From: Eledone cirrhosa
Taxonomy: Eukaryota
Assembly: GCA_964016885.1 (NCBI GenBank)
Contig: OZ024741.1
Span: 63,054,001 to 63,118,000 of the forward strand
Length of the DNA: 64,000 nt
Direction: 5' to 3'
Shown here: one piece after another, positions 12,590 through 24,683 of the stretch
Layout: each line of letters opens with the position of its first letter
Numbering within the stretch: the stretch's first letter is position 1
Made by a program: the position numbers and the translations under genes
The notes under the pieces: generated by a model
The model's input: the letters and a program-made list of their open reading frames with translations, nothing else
What the model was told of the DNA's origin: nothing
Database searches by the model: none

Positions 12590-13268
12590 ATTAAAATAAC
12601 AGATTAAAGTTTAAGCAAAGAATCGCTGCTTTCACCCTTAACGGGATCTTCTGAAACTAACAAGGTCAATCTGTGAACGCTGAAGTGAATATTTCAAAAA
12701 ACGTTGCAGCCGGAGGAAGACAGGAAGACGATACTTTGGTTCGTGGAAACTTTCCCTGGCAAAGAACGGGTAAAAACGAATATAATACGTCATTATTTGG
12801 AGCGGTGAAAAACAATTACACGCAAAGATAAACCACGTTTATGGTATAAAAGAAGTCGTAGACTAATATTCTATTAGGTGGTTCATAGAGACGTTCTCTG
12901 GCAATGAAAGGAAAAAACGAAGATAATACGTCATATGTGGAGCGGGGAGAACAATTGCAAGCAAAGACAAAACAACGTAAATGGTATAACTGAAGTCGTA
13001 GACAACATTCTAACTAGGAAACCGAATGATTCTCGGCTTAAGAGTTAAGAATAAAGTAAATAAAATACAGTGGTTATTGAAATTAAATAAATACATAAAC
13101 TATCCATATACGTACATACACAAGCATACGCGAAAACACTCGCCAAAGGTATACAATTACACGCACGTACACAAAAAAACCCAATCCGCACGCACATACA
13201 GAACCCACGCAAACACTTGTACCCGCACGCATACGAATGTATACACAAAATACACATAAAAATATATA

Positions 13269-13339
<71 letters not shown>

Positions 13340-14440
13340 CGTGTATACATATAATTAAATAAACGTATATAAATAAATAAATACGTATATATTCTGGTAC
13401 TTATGCTTTTGGTTATGTGTATACGTGAGTTTTGCGTTTGTGTGAGTATGCAGGTTCGTACGTATGTAGGGTGTGTGTATATGTGTACTTTGTTTTGGTT
13501 GACGTTCGTCTCCGAACATATGTGTATTCACATGTAGGTATGTGTGTGCGCTTGTTATATACGTATTTATTTATTTATATACGTTTATTTAATTATATGT
13601 ATACACGCGCACACACGCACACACATATATATATATATATATTTTTTTAATATATGTTTTTATGTGTATTTGGTGTATACATTCGTATGCGTGCGGGTAC
13701 AGGTGTTGCGTGGGTTCTGTATGTGCGTGCGGTTTTTTTTTTTTGGTTTTTTTTTTGTGTACGTGCGTGTATTTGTATACCTATGGCGAGTGTTTTCGCG
13801 TATGCTTGTGTATGTACGCATATGTATAGTGTATGTATTTATTTAATTTCAATAACCTCTGTATTTTATTTACTTTATTCTTAATTCTTAAGCCGAGAAT
13901 CATTCGGTTTCCTAGTTAGAATGTTGTCTACGACTTCAGTTATACCATTTACGTTGTTTTGTCTTTGCGTGCAATTGTTCTCCCCGCTCCACATATGACG
14001 TATTATCTTCGTTTTTTCCTTTCATTGCCAGAGAACGTCTCTATGAACCACCTAATAGAATATTAGTCTACGACCTCTTTTATACCATAAACATGGTTTT
14101 GTCTTTGCGTGTAATTGTTTTTCACCGCTCCAAATAATGACGTATTATATTCGTTTTTACCTGTTCTTTGCCAGGGGACGTTTCCACGAACCAAAGTATC
14201 GTCTTCCTGTTTCCTCCGGTTGCAACGCTTTTTGAAATATTCACTTCAGCGTTCACAGATTGATTTTGTTAGTTTCAGAAGATCCCGTAAAGGGTGAAAG
14301 CAGCGATTCTTTGCTTAAACTTTAATCTGTTATTTTAAACTTTAATCTGTTATTTGCTCAACGCTTCTTATATATTTGATATATATTTATCCTTATCGAG
14401 GCCCTCTTTGGATTTTAGTCTTCAAATTTATTATTATTAC
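12590..14440 (+). mobile_element. PLE-type fold-back element, family C (arms ~790 bp)
   Basis: 12590-~13390 is inverted relative to ~13557-14338; ~140 bp tandem duplication inside each arm; tail to 14440; (TA)n flanks. Confidence 0.75.
14271..14321 (+). ncRNA. Type I hammerhead-like RNA, core CAGAAGA
   Basis: AGTTT-CAGAAGA-TCCC/GGGT-GAAA-GCA/TGC-TT-AAACT; same core on the minus strand at 12608-12658, 55821-55871 and ~28983-29028. Confidence 0.6.
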
Positions 14441-14699
14441 TATATATATATATATCACCCTTCGATGCAGATTGGCTTGTGTAGAGGGCGACCCGGTTAC
14501 AGCACCGCAATCTCCCTCTCTCTTTCTCTTTTCTGGAAGTAATCTGACATGTTCAGACTTCGTGAAGAGATGAAGCTTACTTGGTTTCAAAATGCTGAAG
14601 TAACTCCATATATCAATACGTTGTCACGACAACGTATGTTTAATATACGCAATCATAAAAAATATTCATTGTTATTGTGTCTGCCGTAAGATTTTTTGA

Positions 14700-15985
14700 T
14701 TTTTTTTATATCTATTGTATATTTCTTTATTTTGATGGAAGATAATATGAGAGAAAAACAATGAAGAAAGACATGATGCTGAATGAAAACAAAAGCAATA
14801 TATACAAACACACACACACCGACCACAACTAAATATTGAATGATATGTGATGCCCCCTCCCCCGCAACACACACACAGCCCCGGCAGTCAGAATGAAGAA
14901 GGTGTTTGCCCGGAGGACAGCAAGGGAGAGGCGCTGGAAAAGCCACTCCAACTCGCGGGGCTCACACATGCGGCTGGCCAGCTCAGCGCCTATGGTGGTT
15001 AGTAGGGAACTAGCCCTAGGGCCAAGGACACCAGAAGTCTCCAATGCCAGGGGTACAACCGCAAACCTGTCGGAGAGCGACCGGTATTTGAGGAGTTTAG
15101 CCTCCTCAGCCCGACGTGCAGCAGAACCCGAGTTAATCGCAGACTGCACTAGGTTGCGGCTGCAGAAAGTGTCGGTGCAAGTGGCATCCCAGACGAGGGC
15201 TTTACCACTGCGGAACGGGAAGATGGTCATGCCATCTGGCCTTGTGCCGTCCCTTTGGTCCAGGCCCACCGGCTCGAGCTGGGAAGGGAAGCCTGCAGCG
15301 TCCATGCGATGTTTTATGACCTCGTTGAGGGCAGCATGGCGTGGAAGGCGGCCGGAACTGCGGCGACAGGAGAGCGGGTGGAGACCGAAAGGGTTCACGG
15401 TGGATCCGCAGCGATATTGGTGTGGCTCGCAGATCCGGAGGCCGAGCCTCAAGGAAACGCCAATGCGCAGGATATTATTGTCTACCTGGGTGCCAGTGGA
15501 GAAGGAGGGCAGGACAAGGAGCCAGGCACCATTGTGGGGTTTGGAGGCCGCACAAAAACAGGCAAGGCGGTGCTGGTCGAGCTAGCGCGTGAGCCTGTCT
15601 GTTTCCAGGCTTCACTGGATGGTATCACAAGTGCTTTGGGGGACTTGATATAAACAGGGGGAGAAGGAGGAGGGACGTCTACTGAGCTGAGTCCCAGCCG
15701 GTCCCACGTTTCACAGGCGGCCTCACGTTCTCTGAACACAGAGAGTTCTATTGTGTTTTGGAGAACCCTGCTGACGAGGACGCGGAACGAGCTTACCGAC
15801 GAAAGATACGCCGGCAAAGCCAGTGAGATCGGGGACCGGAGGACAAGGCCGCCATACCTGACAGGTAAAGTGGCCTGTTGCCATCCAAAGTCGTCAAACT
15901 TGACGTTGCATATTTCCTTGGCTGCTTCTCGGATACAAGTATCGAGGTCAGCGAGGAGAGATATGTACGGTTTGTATCCAGTTTA
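14700..15985 (-). mobile_element. CRE-clade non-LTR retrotransposon, 5'-truncated (RT C-terminus, Zn finger, restriction-like endonuclease)
   Basis: WQQATLPVRYGGL, CGS....GLHPLSC...RHAALN, RPDGMT.....GKALVWDATCTDT, EEAKLLKY, FQRLSLAVLRAN; A-rich 3' end. Confidence 0.8.
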
Positions 15986-15989
15986 GAAT

Positions 15990-16640
15990 AGGTACACTTT
16001 ATCCTATACAGCGCACGCCAGCATAGAAAAGTTAATATAAAAACGAGGATGATGACGATGGTGAGGATACACACACCCACATGAACACCTCTTCACCTCT
16101 CTGCACTGAACTCAAGTAAACGTATTTAAGACTATTCAACAGAATTCGTAATATAATCGGCTTGTCTCCCCACAGCCCCGGCGGACAGAATAGAGAAGGC
16201 GTTTCTCCGGAGGACGGCAAGGGTGACGCGCTGGAAAAGCCACTCCAACACGCGGCTGACCAGCTCAGCGCCTATGGTGGTGAGTAGGGAGGTAGCCCTA
16301 GGGTCGAGGACACCAGAAGTCTCCACTGCCAAGGGTACAGCCACAAACCTGTCGCAGAGCGACCGGTATTTGAGGCGTGTGGACTCCTCAGCCCGACGTG
16401 CAGCAGAACCTGGGTTAGTCGCAGAGTGCACCAGGTTGCAGCTGCAGAAAGTGTCGGTGTAAGTGGCATGCCAGATGAGGGGTTTGCCACCGCGGAACGG
16501 GAAGATTGTCATGCCATCGGGTCTTTTGCCGTCCCCTCGGTCCAGCCCCACACGCTCGAGCTGGGAAGGGAAGCCTGCAGCGTAAAAGCCATGCTTTAAG
16601 ACCTCGTTGAGGGCAGCATGGCGTGGAATGCGGCCGGCAC
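15990..16640 (-). mobile_element. Second CRE-clade 3' fragment, head-to-tail with the first
   Basis: ORF 16132-16659 is highly similar to 14829-15452; 3' UTR differs. Confidence 0.8.
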
Positions 16641-16746
16641 TGTATGTCTGCATCAGCAATTATGGTCCCATACACAGACGCTCATACACACAAACATTCA
16701 GACACACACATGTATGTATATATGAATGTATGTATGATGAATGTAC

Positions 16747-16782
<36 letters not shown>

Positions 16783-16789
16783 CTACCAC

Positions 16790-16832
<43 letters not shown>

Positions 16833-16833
<1 letters not shown>

Positions 16834-17380
16834 GTGGTAGAAAACTGGAAGATAATGTCCGTAGTGGTAGAGCGCTCAGTGTATGGGACGAGTTAGGTAG
16901 AAGTGGTTACACAACAGTTAGTTCACCATACCGAGAACAATTGTTTCACCTTAGCGGATCCTCAGCTCGTAATGGACATGGTTATACAGAACAGGAAGGA
17001 CAACCGTACGAATGCGCATGCGCAGAAACGATCACTTCACACAGGCAATACCAAATAGCGAGCGAGAAGTGTAAGGGGATAACTGCGAAAGTCCGAAAGT
17101 TTCTAGTTGATAAGAAAATTAGGATGTTGTTGTAATTCAATCCGGAGTTTGTAGTTATGTAAGAGGTGTTTCCAGACGTGTGGACAGCGTGTGAAGAATT
17201 CATTACTTGTGTTTAGGTAATCACTGTTGCGTAATCTCTTTCATCAATACATAGTCCCCACGACGGATTGTCCCTTGCGTATGACCACCGCTTCATAAAC
17301 TACAGCGGGTGTGTTGCATTGCTGTTGAAGGGGACAAGCTTCGTGCTTACGGCAAGAGCACCCTGGTGGGGTGTTGTTCT
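16833..17380 (-). mobile_element. PLE 3' end, family F, internally deleted
   Basis: Close match to 48925-49700. Confidence 0.85.
16932..16969 (-). ncRNA. Canonical minimal type I hammerhead
   Basis: CGAG-CTGAGGA-TCC gctaa GGT-GAAA-CAATTG-TT-CTCG; palindromic stem III; copy at 49024-49061 has GAAA changed to GTAA. Confidence 0.85.
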
Positions 17381-17447
17381 ATGTATATATATATATATAT
17401 TCCTTGACTGGTTAGAACTGGTCATACCGTATGTCATATTACTTAAT

Positions 17448-17519
<72 letters not shown>

Positions 17520-18482
17520 AACAAAGTTAAACGTTTATATGAGTAATGTTATGCTAACAATGTTATGCTAAAGATTCAGGCACCACTTTGGTCTACAATC
17601 AGTAATGTTTGACGAATCAATATATCAGCAATGTGATGCGTACGGGTTCACGAATTTGACTTGGAGTAAATAATTAGTGTTGTATCAAAGCAGATATAAA
17701 GAGCACTTGAATAATAATGAATAGACAAGTAAGATGATAACTGGAAAAAAATGCAGTATATATTCAGACATTTCTAACGACACACTAAGTTGAAATGACA
17801 ACAACATCTGCTATTTTCCATGATTTAAAAATATATTTAAAAGTAGAGATCGAAACTATCTACAAGACATAACGATATATAATGTTGCTTTGAAAATAGA
17901 GTAAATGTGAAGAAACATAATTCCACTACCAGGCATATTGGTTTCCAGGATTAACAGACACATTTTTTCAAAGAGATGAAAACGATTTAATGAAAGGTTA
18001 TTTTCCACTGCTAGACATGTTGCTTTGAAAATAGTAATATCCGGGGCTTCCCCACATTTATCCACTCCTCACCTCTCCACTACACAGGAAGTTAAGCCAC
18101 TCGTTTAGTCTAGCCCTTTAAGCTATGCTTTCTTTCTGATTCGAGATGCCTTTCGTATCAACTCTTAGACTCACTAACTGAGCAGCATATATATTAAAAC
18201 ACCAAAACAACAACAAAAATAGATAAAACGTTAGTGACACACACTTATACAAACATAATCTCGTATATATATGAGTGTGTGTGTGTGTGTGTGTGTGTAA
18301 GTGAGCTAGAGTCTGCCGGTTCTGACGAAGAATGTTCCAGCCTGCTTATGAAATTATCTGGGTTGTAGAGTCAGTCACTCCCACCCACCCTTCTTTTCTT
18401 TCGATGCGTAATTCCTTTTTTCATTCGTTTTTCGTATTTTCTGTTTCCTTATTGCCATGTATAATGTACAGTTCTTATATCT

Positions 18483-18676
18483 AATTAACTGTTTCTACTT
18501 TAGGCACAAGGCCAGCAATCAACCAGTGCATTACTGGTACTTTATCTTATCGACCCCATAAGGATGAAAGGCAAAGTCAACCTCAGCGGGATTTGAACTC
18601 AGATCGTAAAGGGACGTAACTATGCTGGAAAGCATGGTGTCTGACCCTCTACCGATACTGCCAATCCACCGCCCAA
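18483..18676 (-). mobile_element. OK-type SINE
   Basis: Reverse complement of the 9598-9778 family. Confidence 0.8.
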
Positions 18677-18989
18677 TTAACGATATTTATTTTGTGATTA
18701 TAAATACATCTCTCTATCTATCTATCTATCTATCTATCTCTGGGATAAAAAAAAAGAAAAAAAAAAGAAACATATCTATCTCTGGGGTGGACACACGCGT
18801 GAAACTTGCTGAGTAAGTTCTGCTTAAATTTCTATAGAAATTCTTGACTGTAGACCTTCATTTTTGTACCATTTTGTAGAGGGACTGCCAGGTCAAATTT
18901 TGATCTGGTAAGTCTCTCAAAATATTCTACGCCTTTAGGCGAAATAGTTAACAAAAAGTTTTTTGGGGAAAAGCTAACATTTTTTTTAA

Positions 18990-20764
18990 ATGGCTGAAGC
19001 TTCTTCACCAACATTCGAAGGAGGAAAGGGGAAGATATGCTTACAGCTTCCCCCTGCCACTGTCATAGTAGCAGGTGTCAAAGACAAAGGTCAGCCAGAG
19101 GAAGGATTTTCTCCACCTGCTGACCGACAACTTGACGTTGCCATGGCAACAAACCAAAAGTGTGAAACAATGAACAAAACCAACACAACCAGCGGCACCA
19201 GCAACAACAACAACAACAATGCTACGAACGAAAACAACACCAACAACAATAACAATAACAAAAACAACAACAAAACCAATAACTGTGATAACAACAACAC
19301 CACCAACTACAACAGCAACACAAACAAGGGAAAGGTCCCCTTCGCCCAGACGTCAAGGAAAAACCCTCGCCTATCTGCCAGTACATATAAGCAAAGCGAA
19401 GGAGCTACTGGCAGATGCCAAAAAATACATAGTGTACGGGGAAAATGAATCATTTTCGATCCACTCCCCCCGGAACTAAAAAGCCAGAGACTCCTAAACA
19501 CTGTCATGTTTAGGACAGTCTCAAACAAAAGCAAAAAACCAGCTCAACCATCACAGAGTGAGATAGAGCTGGTTTTAAAAGATGTCATGAAAGACATCAT
19601 ATTCATTCAGAAGGGAGTCTATCCATTCTCATGAAGGACAGGGACACAGCACTGAAACTGTCACTAAAACCAATCACATCTACCGCATACACCTTCTACC
19701 CTACGTACATGGGTAAAAGGACACAAAAAATAAAAATTCACACCATCCTTCCGATTAGGTGGGTATTGACAGGTTTCCTGGACCTAGACGATGACACACT
19801 AATATCCATGGGAAAGGCATCGGGTGACGCGTTCAGTGGAACGGGCCTCGAACTTGTAGTTCAAATGAGGCCCGAAAGGATCGCCCAGATCCCTGAACGC
19901 GTCATACTGGATGATCAAACTTTTATCAACATTACCGTTGAGGGTAGGCGGTCCTCGTGTTACCTCTGTGGAGCCAGAGGTCACCTGAGGGCTGTCTGTC
20001 TTCAACTTAAAAAGAAAACCCCAATCCTGCCTACACCACCAACAACTGCACAACCAACACAATCACCACAACCACCACTACAAAAACAATAACTACAGCT
20101 CAAACCAAAACAAAACACTGTCCAACCCATCCCCCCACTAAAAAAAAACAATTTCCAAAACACCCGCACCGCAAACCCAACCCGAAAATCTACCCCTCCC
20201 CTCCAACGCGGAAGATGACCCTCGTTCGTCGTCAGACGAGGAGGAACACTTCCACACAATCAAAAGAAAAAAAAGAAAACACACCCCAGACACACAAATG
20301 AAAACAACCCCTCCCCAAAACATAACACAGACACCAACACAAAAGAGCACACAACAACAGCAAACAAAAATACCACACAAAACAAAAACGTGCATACACA
20401 TACATAAACACAAGAAATTAAAAAAACTGCTAAACATTGTATACAACAACAAGGGCCTAACTTCCCCCAGGCAGGGGTTTTCTCCCACCTCAAATTGATT
20501 AAAGCCCCAGAGGACACTTATAAAACACTAAAAAACAACTTTAAAGAGGACGTGCCCCCCCCCACCCCCTGCGTCGGGCCCATTAACCGCGTCCTCCTAA
20601 AAATCTTCTCCACCCCCTCCCCAAACACCCATACGACACCAAACACCCCAACCACACAACACACTAATGCCGCTACACTTCCACAAACCACCACCCTACC
20701 CAACAACCCATCCCCCACCCTCATGGAAACTGTGCAGCCCGATACCCGGGACGCAGAGAGGTAA
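18990..20764 (+). pseudogene. Tx1 ORF1 (gag-like), frameshifted
   Basis: Asn-rich N-terminus, CYLCGARGHLRAVC knuckle, Pro/Thr-rich C-terminus. Confidence 0.7.
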
Positions 20765-20788
20765 GTGCCTTTTCTGTTCACCACAAAC

Positions 20789-23700
20789 ATGGCTATGCTA
20801 AGAGTAGGCTGTCTAAATGCGCGTGGCCTGGGCTCAACTTGGAAGCAAGCTATGCTTCTAAATGACCTCAGGTCATAACGTATAGATGTGATGGTTATTT
20901 GCGAGGCCCGGATCAGCAACGTGCGACAGCTGGCCCCCACCTTTGATGACTTTGAGATGCACGCATCTCTCTGTCAGCCCGGAGGTGGGGGTGGGGTTGT
21001 CGTTCTGCTGCAAAAACATCTGGGTCTCGCAACACAGACGGTACATTTGGACCCGGAGGATCGGCTAGTGGTTCTGGACCATGGCAGTGGTGAAGGCGGA
21101 GCGTTTAGGCTGGTAGCTGTCTACGGCCCTTTCGGGTCAACGCGGTCGGACTTCTTCCGTCGTCTGGAGACTTTTCTAGGGACGTCCCGCTCCTTGCTAT
21201 TAGTGGGGAAGTGGGTCGTACCTAGATAGGTTCTTAGTTAGAAATAAGGATAAGGACTTTTTAAGTTGTCCAAAAATGCGCATGGTTGGCTATTCAGACC
21301 ACAAGTTAGTGACCTGCATGGTCAACATTGACAGAACGCATGGACAGGGACCCGGTTACTGGAAGCTCAACTTGTCATTACCGGCAAGTAAGGCTTACAG
21401 GGACCGGATTAACACTTTAGTTAAGGAGCGGTTGACGGGCGCCATCGTCAACAGCAGGTGGTGGGGATCTTTCAAAAGAGAGATTAGAGTAGTCTCTATA
21501 TAATTTAGTAAGGAGTTAGCCTCAAATAGAAATAGGAAGGAAAGGGAGTTGGTAGATAGTGTAGAAGAGGCAATTAGAAGCGGCGACGTAGCCAGACTGC
21601 TAGCGTCGAGAATGGTCCTGGGTCAGTTCTTCGACACGAAACACGAAGGCTGCATCGTCCGGAGCAAAGAACGTGCTCTGGGAAACGAGGGGACCAAAGC
21701 TGTTAGCTGGACACGCGTGACAGAAGCCAAAAGAGGGAGTAGATCCACTATCCGGTCTTTGCGAGACCAGGATGGACGGGTGATCCTTGAACCTAAGCAG
21801 ATGTGCGAGGCTTTTCAAAAGCACTTTGCCAGATTGTTCGGAAGGGGCGGGGAATCGGTTGGGAAAGTGGACTTCGGTCTATACCTCGACGGCCTGCCGC
21901 ATCTCTCGGACAGGGAGGCGAAGTCCTGCGAAGAGCCGATTTCAGCCGCTGAGATAGAGGACGTGCTGAGCTAATGCGGCAAAGGCAAATCCCCGGGTCT
22001 CGATGGTCTTCCATACGAACTATATCTAGCTATGCCGGACTTGTTCCCCGATCTCCTCGAGGCGGACTACTGCAACTGGCAACAGAACAGGAGAATTCCA
22101 TGTGCTGTGACCAAGGGGGTAGTCACGCTAGTGGGGAAGGACGAGAACAAGGGGGACGATATAAATAATTTCAGGCCTATAACTCTGCTAAATACAGAGT
22201 TACAGATTTTGGCGAAGGTGCTAGCAAAGAGTTTGGCGCTTGTCGTGGGCAACTAGGTGGGAGATGCACAGACATGTGCTATCCCGTCCAGGTCCATCCA
22301 CGACAACCTCCACCTCATGCGATACATCATAGAGAGGGTTGAGAACGAACCCGGCTTTGGTAGGGCCCTGATCAACTTGGATCAATCTAAGGCGTTCGAT
22401 AGGGTCGACCATGGTTACCTGGATGCGGTGCTAGCGGCGGCAGGCTTCGGAACCGTTATCAGGGGCTGGATCAATGCCATGCACAGCAGCCGCATCTGCT
22501 CTAGGGTCAAGGTGAACGGCTACCTCTCGGAGCCGTTCGAAATCGCGCGGTCCATCCGACAAGAGAGCCCTCTATCCTCCCTTCTGTATGTAATGACTCT
22601 AGAGCGACTGCTGCGGAAGTTGGAGTTGTTGCAGGGCATCCCGTTGGAACCGGGATTGCGGAAAGCGTGTCGGCCTACGCCGATGACGTAACAGTAATGG
22701 TGTCGACGGCCTCGAAATCGGGGCGATCGGCACCTTACTGGAGGAGTACGAAAGGTTTAAAGGGGCTAAGCTGAACCGGGACAAGTCGATCGGTCTGCAA
22801 CTCGACTCGTGGACGGGCAGATCGATGCCCTCCGATGGCGTCGTCGGGCGCTGGACGGAGGGCCCGGTGAAGTTGCTCGGGGTTTGGTTCGGACCAGACC
22901 TCCAGGTGGAGAAGAACTGGGGTGAGGTAACGAACAGGGTGTTTGCACTGACCCAGAAGAGGGCCGAGTGCAAACTGTCTCTGAAAGGTCGGGCGGAGGT
23001 GGCGAACACTTATATAGCGTCCGTCATCTACTACCGCCTGACCATCGTGCCTTGCCTAAGGGAAACGCTCGCCAAAATGGAGCGCGCACAGTTCCAATTC
23101 CTTTGGAAAAAGCGGGCTCCTATGGTGAGGAGATCCATCTGCTGTCAACACCCTTCGAAAGGAGGGCTGGGGATGTCGTGGCGAATGATACGTAAACACG
23201 CATTAAGGCTACGGCACCTCCAGGTATTCCTCACCGTTCAACCGGTGTGGGCCCCGTTTGTGAGGCGAGCCTTTCCCAGACTCGTCTCGCTCACCGAGCT
23301 GCAATCCTGGGTCAAGCAAAGACCGAGAAAACTGGGCGCCTGGCACACCGAGTGTTCCCAGGCGCTCACGGCTCTCTGGCAGGCGGACCCGGCTGTCAGT
23401 GAAGAATCCACCTCGTTATTCTATAGAGGGCTGCTGGTTAGCAGGTGCGATGACGCCCTCGGAGAAGCCCTAGACATGGAGGAAGATCAACTGGCCAACC
23501 TGTTCGGTAGGATATTCAGCCCGGGACTCATGGATAACTTCCAGAGATCCCTGGCCTGGCAATGCTACCGAGGGGCTCTACCCGTTCGAGAAAGGCTTAA
23601 CAGACACGGGCGCCCGGGTAGGGACCCCTCGAAAAAGATCTGTCCCAGATGCGTGTGCGACGAGGAAACCGTTGCACACCCATTGGTACACTGCTCGGGC

Positions 23701-24051
23701 ATTGCCGATCTGTGGGGCTATGTCGAACAACTGCTGTCAAGGGTGGGACCGATCCGGTTGACCACTGAGTCTATCGTAACTATCAAGCCGCCTCCCCTCT
23801 TCAAAAACGAAGGAGAGGCGGTGTTTCTGTGCGTAATAGCCATGGCGAAAGAGGTTGTATGGTGGACGCGTCTGAAAGGACTGAGGTCAGACACCTTTCT
23901 CTCTGGCCAACAACTGGTCCGTTTCTTCGGATATCATTTCGGAAGAAGGATCAGGATGGAGAGAGAGGTGCTGCACCTCAGCCGTTTTTATGAAAGATGG
24001 GTGAAAGTGGCGAGAATGGCCCGTGTGAATGGGCCTTCACTCTACATCTGA
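20789..24051 (+). pseudogene. Tx1 ORF2 (APE endonuclease, reverse transcriptase, zf-RVT), disrupted
   Basis: GCLNARGL, SDH, GYWKLN, FRPITLLN, LDQSKAFDRVDH, RQESPLS, AYADD, GGLG, CPRC..DEETVAH..VHC; several stops and frameshifts. Confidence 0.9.
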
Positions 24052-24349
24052 CTATAGGTGAGGAAGATGAAAGATCAAGGGAGCACTCCCACTCTGTGCT
24101 TCTGAGGAGAAGGGTTGCACACCTTTTTTCGGGGGTGTGTGCGACCCCCAAAGGCGCCTCCTCACTATTGAGGATTTTGTTATTAAATTTATTTTTGTTA
24201 TATTTTATTTTATTTTTATATCTTGTTATTGCCTCCTCCTTATTGAGGACGCCTTTTTATGTAAACTCCCCCCATTGTACTTGTGCCACTTTTTGATGCC
24301 CTGGTGGCAAATAAAAATAAAATCTATGTATCTATCTATCTATTTATCT

Positions 24350-24586
24350 TGAGGAAAAGGAGGAGGAGAGGAAAGGAGTACAAACTCTTCGTACTCCTGG
24401 AGATGAGGGTTTCACATTTTTTCGGGTGTATGTGTTACCCATATAAACTGTCTCCCCCTATTGGGGAAAATTGACTAATTTTTTAAATTGCATTTGTGAC
24501 ATCATTTTACACGTTTTTATTGTATGTAAACTTCCCCCTTTGTATTTGTCCCCTTCTTTTGTGCCCCTGTAGCTAATAAAGAAACA
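24350..24586 (+). mobile_element. 3' UTR fragment of a related Tx1 subfamily, nested in (TATC)n
   Basis: Similar to 24060-24322; ends AATAAAGAAACA followed by TATC repeats. Confidence 0.7.
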
Positions 24587-24650
24587 TATCTATCTATATC
24601 TATCTATTTATCTATCTATCCAGCTGTCTACCAACCTATCTCCCTATTCG

Positions 24651-24683
<33 letters not shown>

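Larger units (their letters stand above)
18783..24322 (+). mobile_element. Near full-length Tx1-clade (L1 group) LINE
   Basis: ORF1 with CCHC knuckle, ORF2 APE-RT-Zn finger, AATAAA/A-rich end, (TATC)n on both sides. Confidence 0.85.

Noticed and set aside
14893-15653. Long plus-strand ORFs
   Set aside because: Antisense shadows of the GC-rich CRE ORF
17600-18065. Minus-strand exon or ORF candidates
   Set aside because: The acceptor-bounded segment has stops in all three frames; the 69 aa ORF has no recognisable motif
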